Positions 35,511-46,589 of a stretch of DNA of 64,000 nucleotides are shown piece by piece. Each line of letters opens with the position of its first letter. Position 1 is the first letter of the stretch. The DNA comes from Selaginella moellendorffii (lineage: Eukaryota; Plantae; Lycopodiophyta). A model generated the notes under the pieces. It did not search any database, was not told the origin of the DNA, and saw nothing but the letters and a program-made list of their open reading frames with translations. Location: contig NW_003314278.1 of assembly GCF_000143415.4 (NCBI RefSeq), positions 1,624,362-1,688,361 of the forward strand, read 5' to 3'. The translations under genes and the position numbers were made by a program.

Positions 35511-36433
35511 TATCATTTTTGACACAGGTACGAGCTTTTCTTTCTTTTTCTCTCATTTCTGGCGAGCATTTGCTCTAGGATAACTCTCGACTCAAGAGCC
35601 CTGCGAGTTTGTCTAGCTTGTTGGTACCACCAAAGCTTACCGGTAGACCGAATTTTGTTTGTTCATCGGAGACAAGAGTACTAACGCTAACACTTTCAGG
35701 TCGATCGTCTGGGATTTACTCCCTGCTAAGGATATGGTCCAGTGACATTGCCGGATTGTCGAGCCTATGGTGTCGTTTAAAAGCCGCTGGACGCATCGAA
35801 AGACTCTCCAGGTACTCGGAGGCTCTTTTCTTTTTTTCCTCCTTGTTAGGCACAGCGTTCTTTTCCTTTTGGAAAAAGATCTAACCTTTGCTACTACTGA
35901 TTTTGGCTTGCCAGAAGCTCCAGAAACATCATTCTTTGAGAGCTCGTGCTTGTCAACCATGTAACGATCAAACTTTTACATTTTCTTTGCAAGAATCGAT
36001 TCAACGAGCGCTGTAGCCGGAGTTGTTTTCATTCCAGAGAAAGCACTCGATCGTTATCAATCATCCAGAGCCCAGATTAGCAACGAAACAGCGGCCAAAC
36101 TATATATTATTTCCTGCCTGCTCTTTCGTCCACTCAGGCCCAATCCATCCACGTCTGGAACACTCTCGAATTTCAAACCTCACGTAAAGAAGCATAGAAA
36201 GATGGAAGTATTGTCATCAAATATATGATTCTTAATGCTCGAGAAACCCGTCATCTTGCACAGGGGTGGTGGTAATTGCTTGCATCCCGGGAGAGAAGAA
36301 ACAAAAACATTATCTTAGAGAGGTGGAGGGGAGGAGGGAGAGATTCATGTGTGTGGGCACAAAGACGACGTCGATCGATCCATTAAGCTTGCTCGGCTCG
36401 CGCGCTGGAGCTGGAGCTGGAGCTTCTAGAGCT

Positions 36434-37173
36434 CTAGGTTGGCTTGAAGACGATGAATCCCGCGCATTGCACTTGCCTGACCCGGTCGAATCCCAGCACT
36501 CGAATGAAGCTAGTGGGGAAGTCCTTCTTGCACTCCTCGATCTCCCTCAACACCTGGGCGGAATCTTGGCAGCCAAACATGGGGAGCTTGTACATGGTCC
36601 AGTAGCGGCCATCGTAGCATCCCGGGCTCTTGTGGCATTCGCGGTACACGTATCCTTTCTGCAAAGAGAAAGAGAGACAGAGATTCGACCGAATCCTCGC
36701 GATTTCAGTGCTTGTTCTCGCCAAAAACCAATGGAGTTTGATGGCGAGAGGAGCTTACGTCGGAGAATTCCAGGCAGGGGAACCATCCCTTCTTCAACAT
36801 GTAGTCGATCTCCTTGGCGATCTGGTCGGGCGAGAGATCCGGGAGGTACGACAGCGTCTCAAACCTGGGATTGTTGTAAGGCGTCCATGTCTGGGGAGGG
36901 GGTCAAGGAGGAGGAGATCAGTTCTCTCTCTTGCTTGGGAATGTGGAGCTCCAAGCTTGGAGCGATTGATCGCGCGCGAGAGAGGCTACTCACCAGCATG
37001 CAGCTCACACGGCTCCCATTGGCGACGGTCTTCTGGCTCCATTGGAGTCCTCCCTTGTTGGCAGTGAGAGCCGTGGTGGCCTTGAGACCTGTGAATCCGG
37101 GGACCTTGGGAGCCATCGGGGTGGAGAGCGCGGCCATTGGGATCACAGCGGACGATGCAGCCCCCGCCACCAT
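36434..37173 (-). CDS. rbcS: Rubisco small subunit; exons 37173-36994, 36890-36759, 36658-36434
   Basis: Transit peptide ..[37 protein letters not shown]. Confidence 0.98.
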
Positions 37174-37371
37174 GGTGGATTAGAGGATTGGGAGCTCGAG
37201 ATAGGGAGGGGGAGAGAGCAAAGCCAAGAGCAATGTAGGGCTCTTGGGAGATGGGTATAGATAAATACTTCGAGAGAGGGATGCCACGAACCACACACGG
37301 GAATCCTCTCCAGGGCCAGATAGAAAGTGGAGGGAGAGGAGAGAAGGCTGGCGCGCCCACCGCAAGAGGAC

Positions 37372-37401
37372 GATAAGACGCGCCAATGAACGCCACGTGG
37401 C
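37372..37401. promoter_or_regulatory. I-box (GATAAG) plus palindromic G-box (GCCACGTGGC) upstream of rbcS
   Basis: Motifs at 37372-37377 and 37392-37401, ~200 bp upstream of the rbcS ATG. Confidence 0.7.
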
Positions 37402-37739
37402 GGGGTGCCTAGGCCGCATATTCAGGATATAGCTGAAGGCTGATCAAGTCCATGAAAGTTGACTAGGGCAGGCGTGGCACGGGACCTTGATTGACTTGGT
37501 CAACAAGGGTCAAGGCAATCATGTTGACTTTGTTTGCACAGCAGGGCTGTTGTGTTGCCGCCCAGCGCACATTATCACCCCGGATTTAAAATCCTGAAGC
37601 TTAAGCCTGCTGGATCTATAGATTGCGGAACAAGGGGAAGAAAGATTGGATTATATCTCTACTGTTCTTTCGTGATCGATTCAACTCTCTCTACTTCTGT
37701 TCTTAATTTACTCCAATTGTGTTCTTTCGTGATCTTCAA

Positions 37740-38291
37740 ATGGAGAGATCGAATTCTCGTCGGGCATTTGCTGCTCCTTTCATCGTCTTGGCAGTGGTGG
37801 TGATGGTGAGCTCGGCCTCGCAGGAGCCCAAGCGCCCATCGTCCGTGAGCTTCTACATGCACGACACGCTCCAGAACAAGACCCATCCATGGACGGACAC
37901 GGCGGTGGAGGTGGCCGGACCACACCACAACCTCACGGGCCTCGGCTTTGGCAAGATCATCGTCTTCAACGATTCACTCACGGATGGGCCGTCGCTGGCG
38001 AGCTCCAAGGTCGTGGGAAAGGGTCAGGGCGTCTACATCTACGACCACACTCAGGCCGGGGTGGCGTTCAACGCTCTGCTCCTCTTCTCGGCGCTCATCG
38101 AGACGGGCGAGTACAACGGGACGATCAACTTCATGGGCGCGGACGTAATCTTGGCGCCATCGCGGGATATCAGCGTCGTGGGCGGGACGGGCGACTTTGA
38201 GATGGCTCGCGGCATCGCCACGATCACGACGCACTCGATCGATGGGGACACTTTCATCGTCCTGTTCAAGATCAAGCTCATCTACTGGTAA
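37740..38291 (+). CDS. Dirigent protein (secreted)
   Basis: Signal peptide, FYMHD, FGKIIVFNDSLT, VGKGQGVY, RDISVVGGTGDFEMARGIA. Confidence 0.93.
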   Translation: MERSNSRRAFAAPFIVLAVVVMVSSASQEPKRPSSVSFYMHDTLQNKTHPWTDTAVEVAGPHHNLTGLGFGKIIVFNDSLTDGPSLASSKVVGKGQGVYIYDHTQAGVAFNALLLFSALIETGEYNGTINFMGADVILAPSRDISVVGGTGDFEMARGIATITTHSIDGDTFIVLFKIKLIYW

Positions 38292-38771
38292 GCGATTTGT
38301 TTGTACTAATCAAGTTTGGGTGTTTTCTGGTTGTACGAAAGTTACATTCTCAAAACAATTTTTTCTTCCCTCTCGAGAGTTCTAATAAGGAACGCTAGAT
38401 TTTTTGACCTTGCGTCTCCACCTACAACATAGATGATGGCGAGCGTGCACGCTCACTCCTTTTCTTAAAAGTCAAGCTTTTACGTCAGTGTGAGCGAAGC
38501 TCAAATGATAACCCAGTGTGAGCAAAGATCCATGATAGCGCATTCATCCAAGAACGAGCAAACCGGACACTCACTTAAAATCCAAGCAAAGCCAAGCGAT
38601 CACCCATCCATGTCACAGCTACAAATTTTCCACCAAAGTTATTATCAAGTGTTACAACCATAGGAGAGGAAGACCTGTGCTTTAGCGCCGGCGTGAGGAT
38701 CTACACGCCAAGCAAACACACGCCTCCATATTAGCCATAGTAATCTTTCAATTCCATGAGCGATCTTCTCC

Positions 38772-39352
38772 TTAGTTCTTGCCGCAAGTGCACACGCCCG
38801 TCTGTGCGCACTTGTCGCAGGTATCGGTACCCACGGTGCGGTTCTTGCCGCAAGTGCAAACCCCGGTTTGAGCGCACTTGTCGCAAGTGTCCACGCCCTC
38901 CACGCGGTTCTTCCCGCAGGTGCAAACCCCGGTTTGGGCGCACTTGTCACAGGTTGCCACTCCAACCGGGGCGGCAAAGTTCGCACCGCTGCGAGAGCAA
39001 ATCACCTTTTCAGTGAGGGATGCATGGAGAGATTCGCGAGAGTTTCACCTGAAGTCTCCGGCGGTGCTCAGGAACGCAGCATCAGCGATCCTCTTGCCGC
39101 ATCTGCAAGTCACAGCTCGAGTTAATTCGATCGCCCTTTTAAGAAACTCTGTTTGTGATTGTGACTAGGAGTCCTGGAGTGGAACAGGAGTAACAAGGAT
39201 GTGATCCGAGAGAGCGAGAGAAACAAGAGCTAGAAAACAAAAGGTTCCTCTCAATCGAGGAAGAAGTTTGACAAGAATGAGACGTCAATCACTTACGAGC
39301 AGCTGGCCTTGCAGCCACACTTCGGGCAGCAGTTGCATGATCCGCAAGACAT
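38772..39352 (-). CDS. Metallothionein-like protein, 108 aa, 20 Cys; exons 39352-39297, 39102-39049, 38988-38772
   Basis: MSCGSCNCCPKCGCKASCSCGK, a Cys-free spacer, then 3x TCDKCAQTGVCTCGKN; both introns GT-AG phase 2. Confidence 0.85.
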
Positions 39353-40029
39353 TTTCGATCAATAGGGAGGATTGAACTTCTTGCGCTTCCAAATCAGACA
39401 CTATCACTACGAGCTCGGCTATGGCTTCCAGCCTAGAGCCCTCGCTAACAAGTTATAGTCGCGGTCTTGGGGCCACGAGATCCCCAGTCCCAAGAGCCAG
39501 TCACAATCTGCCACGTATTTTTATTCGTCGGGCTCCACCCGAGGTGATTTTTCTTGTCACAGACTGAAATAATGCATCGATTTTTTTCTCGGCTATGGCA
39601 TTGATCGATCAAAAGGTTACAAACTTTGATAGCTAGCTAGCTTCACTCACTACTGCCACCACCGCCACCATCCTTACAACAACAAAAATGACTGTATGAT
39701 TTTGCTGGCTGGAGTGTAGATGTACTCTTCTTTTTAAAAAGGTACCTGTGCATACGGATGCCAACTTTGAATGATTCGCAGCAAACGAGAGGAAGAGAAA
39801 TCAAGGGAAAAAAGAGGAAGAAGCCCCACAAAGAAGGGACGATCTTAAGCGCAAAAACCATAGAACACACACTTGTTCACGCGAAATTCTCATCTAGGCA
39901 CGCACCATATCCGATCGAATTGCGTCCTTTTTCCGTCCGGGCTAAAGTCCTGTCAACCACGACAAGATTGACAGCGACACTGGAGTGTAGCCGCAAGTAG
40001 TGCTGATTGCTTTGACTAATCTAGAAGAG

Positions 40030-41817
40030 TCAGCATCCGTTGACCACCACTGACTTGGTCAACGACTGGTTTTGTTCTATGTACAGATTCGACAGCAGGA
40101 AGTATGGAGCCTGGGAGGCCGGATCCAGCAGGAGCGCTTGGGCGGCGGCCGTGGCTCCCTTTCCAACGTCTCCTTGAGTCTTGGAAGAACCCAGCAGAGT
40201 TGTCCAAGCGGACAAATCCGGGACGAATGGCATTGTGTTCATGAGTTCCTCCGCTTGCTCCAAGTGCCCTCCTCGCGCCAACACGTCGATCATGCAGTAG
40301 TAGTGCTCCGGCAAGGGATTCCCCAGCATTCCAAAGTGGTCTCTGGCTTGATCCACGAAACCCGCGCGGCTGCAAGCAGTGAGAATCCCCAGAGTTGTCA
40401 CCGCGTCGGGAGCAAAGCCTTGGAGCTCCATCAGTCTGTAATGATGGATCGCGAGCTCGCCATGGCCTGTGTTGGCGTAAGCGTGGACCATGGCTGTCCA
40501 AGACAAGGAGCTCCAGCTGTGCGGCGCGAGCTCGTCAAAGAGCGCTCGAGCTTCATGAAGATCCCCAGCTCGGGCATACCCAGCGATCATTACGTTCCAG
40601 GACACAACGTTTTGCAGCGGCATCACTTGAAACAAATGTCTTGCTTCCCGCATATTCCCGCTATGGACGTAGGCAGTGACCATGCATGTCCACGAAAAGA
40701 TGTCATGCTGGGGCATCTTTTGAAACGCTACTACTGACTGCTGTAAATTTCCACTTGCGACAAATGCTTGAATCGTCGCGTTCCATGATAGCGAGTTTCG
40801 TCTTGGCATCTTGGTGAAGGTTTCAATCGCCTCCTCTGCAGCGCCAACTTGGGAAAAAGCCGCAATGATAGCGTTCCAGGACGTGAGATTTCTCGCTGGC
40901 ATGGAATCAAACAGAGCTCTCACTTTGAGCAAATCCCCGCCATTAGCATAAGCCGTGACCATGGCGTTCCACACCACGGCGTCCTTGCCGGGCATGCTCA
41001 CGAACAGGCTCTCGGCCTCGCGGGGCTGGGCATTGTCACTGTAGACCTGGAGCATGACGGTCCAGGCAACTACATCGCGCTCAGGAATTCGATCAAAAAC
41101 ACGCCTTGCAGCATCCACTGAAACGCAGCTCGCGTGAACGATGATCATAGCTGTCCATGAGACTGCGTCTGTGTGTGGGATCTTTGCAAACATGAGCAGA
41201 AATTCTTCTAGCTTGGCGTGATCAGCGTATGCCTGAAGCATCGTGTTCCACGACACGAGATCTTGCCCGGGCATTTCGTCAAACACGCGCTTGGATTCTG
41301 AGAGATGCCCGGTTTGGGCATACACTGTCACCATTGCGTTCCAAGACACCATGTTTGGATTTGGAATCCGATCAAACATTTCCTTAGATGCATCAATGTC
41401 GAGCCTCAAAACGTAAGCGCCCAGCATCATATTCCACGAGACAAGATCCTTGTCTGGCATCAGCTCAAACAGTTTCCGCGCTTCGTCGATATACCCGTTT
41501 TGGGCATAGGCTGATACAATCATCGTCCACGAGAAGACATTGGGATTGCTCAGGCGATCAAACTCCACTCTTGCGTCCTCCACACTTCCACATTTTCCAT
41601 ACATCTCGATCACCAGGTTCGCGAGATACAGGTTTCTCTTGTAGATGCTGTCTTGAATCCAGGCGTGCGCTTGCTTCCCACGCTCCAAGTTGTGCGAATC
41701 TCCGCATGATCGAAGCAACAATGCGTAGAAGGCAACACTGCCCTCGAGAGCTTGCGAGCCCGTCTTCCTTTTCCTGGATTGCTGTCTAAACGCTCTGCCC
41801 AGAAGCTCTCTAAACAT
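40030..41817 (-). CDS. PLS-class PPR protein with E domain
   Basis: IEMYGKCGSVEDAR, ~31-aa repeats, HYYCMIDVLARGG, MPFVPD. Confidence 0.9.
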   Translation of the reverse strand: MFRELLGRAFRQQSRKRKTGSQALEGSVAFYALLLRSCGDSHNLERGKQAHAWIQDSIYKRNLYLANLVIEMYGKCGSVEDARVEFDRLSNPNVFSWTMIVSAYAQNGYIDEARKLFELMPDKDLVSWNMMLGAYVLRLDIDASKEMFDRIPNPNMVSWNAMVTVYAQTGHLSESKRVFDEMPGQDLVSWNTMLQAYADHAKLEEFLLMFAKIPHTDAVSWTAMIIVHASCVSVDAARRVFDRIPERDVVAWTVMLQVYSDNAQPREAESLFVSMPGKDAVVWNAMVTAYANGGDLLKVRALFDSMPARNLTSWNAIIAAFSQVGAAEEAIETFTKMPRRNSLSWNATIQAFVASGNLQQSVVAFQKMPQHDIFSWTCMVTAYVHSGNMREARHLFQVMPLQNVVSWNVMIAGYARAGDLHEARALFDELAPHSWSSLSWTAMVHAYANTGHGELAIHHYRLMELQGFAPDAVTTLGILTACSRAGFVDQARDHFGMLGNPLPEHYYCMIDVLARGGHLEQAEELMNTMPFVPDLSAWTTLLGSSKTQGDVGKGATAAAQALLLDPASQAPYFLLSNLYIEQNQSLTKSVVVNGC

Positions 41818-43532
41818 CAATCAAAAAGTAGTAAAAGAACAACATTAGGAGCATTTGACAAATGCAGGGACGTGATCTTTGGCAAGCAGGCAAGATGAAG
41901 TCTCGGCTGGAGGCTTGGAGTATAGGCCCAGGGAGTTGGGGTAGAAATTACACGAATAAGAAGATAGTGCTTTGGGATAAAATGAACTCAATTGTAACTC
42001 TTCTAATAATTGTCTAAATCAAAATTATCTATATCAGTAATCCTGCTTACTTTTGACATTGACATTGTTAACAAGTAAATGTTCCTCCAACTGAAGCATG
42101 AAGGGCAAGGGACGAAGCCCGAGATTGGATGATGAAGGGCCATGATTGTCACCATATTTGAACCCATTGGTTTTGGGGGGTTCTATAAGACTTTGTAAAC
42201 AGTATAGAGTATATGAATGAATGAATGAATATTACTTTGTCTCGAGAGCACTTTAAGCTGAATAGCATTTTACTATTAAAGTAATGCCTTTCACAGCTTT
42301 AGAATACCTGTCACAACTTGCCTCAAAACTATAAAAACCATAAGTAATTTATACATATATAACAACATACTTCATTCAAAGCCACTACACCAAAAACAAA
42401 AATAATAACAAGCTGTAAGAAATTCATTCAATAGAATGGATGATGAAGTTAAATATGATTATTTTGTTAAGAAAATCATACAATTTCTAAAATAAATTAT
42501 GATGCATTGCATGTAGCAATGCTTGGTTTGTTTAATAGTAATGTTATTCTTACTTATTAATCCAATTGATCAAGTAAAGTTTATAATTATAAGCATGTTT
42601 GTAATTTATAAACACGATTAAATTTATTGCATATCAACCACTAGATAATAGAATAAAAAAGAATATACTAGAAAGGGTTTAAGAAATTTTTAAAGTTATA
42701 AACATGTTTATAAATTATAAATAAAAGATTAATCTAAATGAATAACAACCGTTAGATGGTAGAATATCCTAGAATATCCAAGCATATTCTAGGTATATCC
42801 ATTACCATCTAGCCTACAGGTTTGCTTAAGCAAACTAAAAATCTAACATTTTATAAATATTAAAAAAAGTTAAAATACAAGAACAATTTTAATTAATTTA
42901 AGATATTTGTTATTGCTTGTTTTATTTAATTGTAGCGTTATTCATGTTTAGTTTTATTTATTAATTCAATTGATCAATCAGAATATATTATTATAAACAT
43001 ATTTATAATTTATAACGACTAATTTAAAAAAATTATAAATTTTATAAATTATAAACATCTTTATAAACTATATGGTAAAATATCCAAGAATATTCTAGAC
43101 ATTTCAATGATAAGAATCTAGTTTTTTAAAGTTAGAGTTGGTATGTCTACTATGAGATTCATTAAAGTAGCATAGTTTTTAAAAATTAAAAACTTCTAAT
43201 AACATCTTGATTGAATTTAATCTGAGGGCTAACAAGACCCTATTATTTATAATTGTAGTTTACGGTTCTCACGGTTTAATGACTACATAGTAGTTTAATT
43301 ATGTTTTCTCGTTATTCTGAAAATAATAGTATATGGTAATTGGTTTATACTTTAATTCAATATCAAAAGCTAAAGAAAAATACGACAAATATTTTTTAAA
43401 ACTGGGTTGAACTTTATTCATTGACAGATTACAATGAGCTGGATTTAGGTTCTTCAGTCAATACTTAGCTTATTACGAAATGGCATGATTTGAGCAAATT
43501 GGAGCTCTTAATTCCTGCTTGTATATTTCTCT

Positions 43533-45732
43533 ATGGGATTTTCATTTGTTTCAATAGTGATTGTACTACAGTTTTCTCCTGTGATAGGTTTTGGATCTAT
43601 GGCCACAATCGGTTCTATGTGGACTGGCTATCCTTACATAGATGTAGGTGATTATTCCATTTGTGTTTTACAAGCAAATTCCTTACAACCAATATACTTG
43701 GGAAAATTTATATCGCCAGTAGGAGTACCTAAAGACAAGAAGCTCTTGGCTATTTCAGGAGGATCCGGGTTTGTATGTGGGCTGCTTTATGGTTCACAGT
43801 TTCCAATATGCTGGGGTGACATAGAATTGCCACAGTCTCTAGAAAACATAAGCTTTACAAGCTTGAATTGTGGCAGGAGCCACTGTTGTGCGATCCGGAG
43901 TGACGACAGTAAAATCAACTGCTGGGGTATATTCATCTACAAATCTCCAGACCAGCCATTCGTGTCAGTCTCATTGGGAATAGATTTTTCCTGTGGCCTG
44001 ACCCAAGATGGAAATATTACTTGTTGGGGTCATCTCTCTGATGCTATACCACAACCAGATCGAGGCACTGGAACCTTTGTATCTCTATTCGCGGGAGGTT
44101 ACTCCATATGTGGGATAGAAAGCTCCACAAGGGATATACTTTGCTGGGGGGAAGATGCTTCTTACACTTATGCTCCATCTGTTTTTCAATTCTCTAGCGT
44201 AACCGGAGGACGCTATCATATGTGTGGCATTAGAGCGGATAATCACCAAGTGGTGTGCTGGGGACAAAACAATGTTTATCAGCTTAGAGCTCCAAAGAAT
44301 GTCTCATTCACAGCCATTTCAGCTGGCGACTTTTATACTTGTGGTTTCACGCGGGATGGGCGTTTAAGAGTTCTTTGCTGGGGAGGATACAAGGAAGAGT
44401 ATTGGGAAGTTAACATCACTGGCATTCATGTTAGTCAGGCGATATGCTCAAGCCGGTGTCGCAAGGATCAATACCAGACTTCTAAGTATGGGTGTCCATC
44501 GCTAACAGATCGGGTGTGCTTGGATTGTTCAGTGTGTACTGGTGATGATATTGAGCTTGTTCCGTGTGGGATCAACACTGATCGTGTGTGTGGGAAGCCA
44601 TCTTTGGCTTCTCATCAAGGGGATATTAAGAACCTGAGGAAACTCTTCCTTGTGCTGTTGTATTTGATCATCACGTTGTCTTTTGGGCTCATTCTCATGG
44701 CTACGTTTTCGTATTTTACTTATATGAAGAAGAGGAAGCTAGAAACACTTGCTAACATTGTGAGCTTTTCCAGGAGCGACATACTTTATTTCTCCTCGGC
44801 AGAGCTGAGAGAGGCGACCAACAACTACAGCGATGAAATGGTTTTGAGCAAGAGTGCTTCTGGAAATGTTTACAAGGGACTGCTCCAAAATGGTCAGGAG
44901 GTTGCTATCAAGCAAGCGAAGCTGTTTAACAGGTACTTGAAACTTATAAACTCCGTGTATGCCTCTCAGTGATGAAAACAGGTCGGAGAAAATGTTTGAG
45001 AAGGAACTGCATCTTCTCGGGAGAGCTCACCACTCATGCCTGGTGAATTTGATTGGATACTGTGAGGTGGACAAGCTTTTGGTCTTTGAGTTCATGCCCA
45101 GAGGAACTCTTTCTCAAAATATATATACCAAAACGCCACCATTGGACTGGGTAAGCCGGATAAGAATCGCTGAACAGGCTGCCCGAGGCCTTGAGTATCT
45201 TCACAGGTATGCATCGCCAAGCATCATTCACAGGGACGTGAAATCATCGAACATCCTTCTCGACTACAACTGGAATGCTCACGTCTCGAATTTTGGCCTT
45301 TGCTCGCTTGAAGAAACTCAAGCCAGTGGAACAACCATCACAACACCCGGTTACTTGGATCCCGAGTATGGTTCCTGTCTCCGCCTCACAGCCAAGAGCG
45401 ATGTTTACAGCTTTGGAGTGGTTCTTCTAGAGTTACTCTCCGGTGAGAAGCCGATTGATTCTTCGAGAAATATCCAGGACTTGGCAGCTTGGGTGCTTGA
45501 TCTCGTCGGACGTGACGAGTGGAACTCGGTGCTCGATCAAAAGTTGGCACTGCCTCCACAGCCGGAGCCTTTATACAATGCAGTGAAACTTAGTTTGGAG
45601 TGTACCAAGGTCAGAGGCAAGGATAGGCCAACTATGAGTGAGGTTGCTCAGAGGCTAGAAGAAATATTGGAAATGATTCTAGTACCTTCTTCCTTGAGTT
45701 CCATTACAAATACAACGGTGTCTCTCGTCTAA
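43533..45732 (+). CDS. CRINKLY4/ACR4-related receptor-like kinase, probably catalytically impaired; exons 43533-44932, 44982-45732
   Basis: Crinkly repeats (AISGGSGFVCGL, ISAGDFYTCG, CWG), TNFR-like Cys region (TDRVC x2), TM helix, kinase VAIK/HRDVKSSN. Confidence 0.88.
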
Positions 45733-45779
45733 CAAATGGTAATCACATGGTACCTTTGTCTACCGAGAGATTTTTCACC

Positions 45780-46300
45780 AGCACTGGTTTTCCCGGTCTG
45801 GTCCACTCCAAGTCTGACACCAAGTCAACTCATTCGTCGACTAGTCAACGCAAGTAATACCACGCTAGACAACAGTAAGTATGGTCAACCCTGACACTTA
45901 TCTCGCAGCTCTCTCCCCAGGCGTCGCGTTCCCGTGGATCTTGGAGCAGCCCAGCACATTGTCACATGGCACGAGGACGTCCCCAGCGTGATCATGCAGC
46001 AATAGTGTTCAATTGATCTGTCCGGCTTCACCGATTGAAATTGGCCCTGGCTCTCGTCCAGTAGCCCCATACTTGAGCACGCCCAGCATTGTCGTAGAAT
46101 TGGCCTCCAATCACTCCTCATCGGAAGACTTTAGCCAGATTCTTGAGGTTCTCATGGTGTTTCATCTCACGATATTGCGTTCTGGCATTTCATCGAAGAG
46201 TCTCCGGCCAATCCGCAAATGGCCTGTCTGAGCATAACAATAGCTGTTCAGAAGAGCGTTGAAGACTTCTCAAGGTCGCCACCAAATATAAACCACGCGT
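45780..46300 (-). pseudogene. Degraded copy of the 3' part of PPR 48603-50270
   Basis: MGLLDESQ..KPDRSIEHYCCMITL matches the downstream PPR, with many deletions. Confidence 0.8.
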
Positions 46301-46589
46301 CATTGAAAAACTTACCTCGCTTCTTCATAAGATGACATTTGATCTAGCATTGATTTATCCGCGATCTCAACCATAGCTGGCAGCCGCTGGCCAGAGCGCT
46401 CCTAGAGGAATGGCCCAGAAAAAACGTCACCCCGGCCAGAGGAAGCTCCGCGACGCAAGCGCTGGCCATGGCGGCAAATTTTTAACCTTTTTAACGTTTT
46501 CTTCACATATTTATTAGAATAAAAGTATTGGGTTTGTTAAAGGTTTTTCAGCCAATTTTTAAAAAAACTGCCATTTGGTGTATGCGTCT

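Noticed and set aside
36266-37183. 305-aa plus-strand ORF
   Set aside because: Antisense shadow of GC-rich rbcS exons and introns.
491-38291. OMT + two UGTs + dirigent as a lignan/phenolic biosynthetic gene cluster
   Set aside because: The genes are spread over 38 kb among unrelated genes, belong to very large families, and there is no scaffold enzyme or co-expression evidence.
38772-38960. Regularly spaced repeats as a CRISPR-like array
   Set aside because: They are coding repeats of the metallothionein in eukaryotic DNA, with no cas genes.
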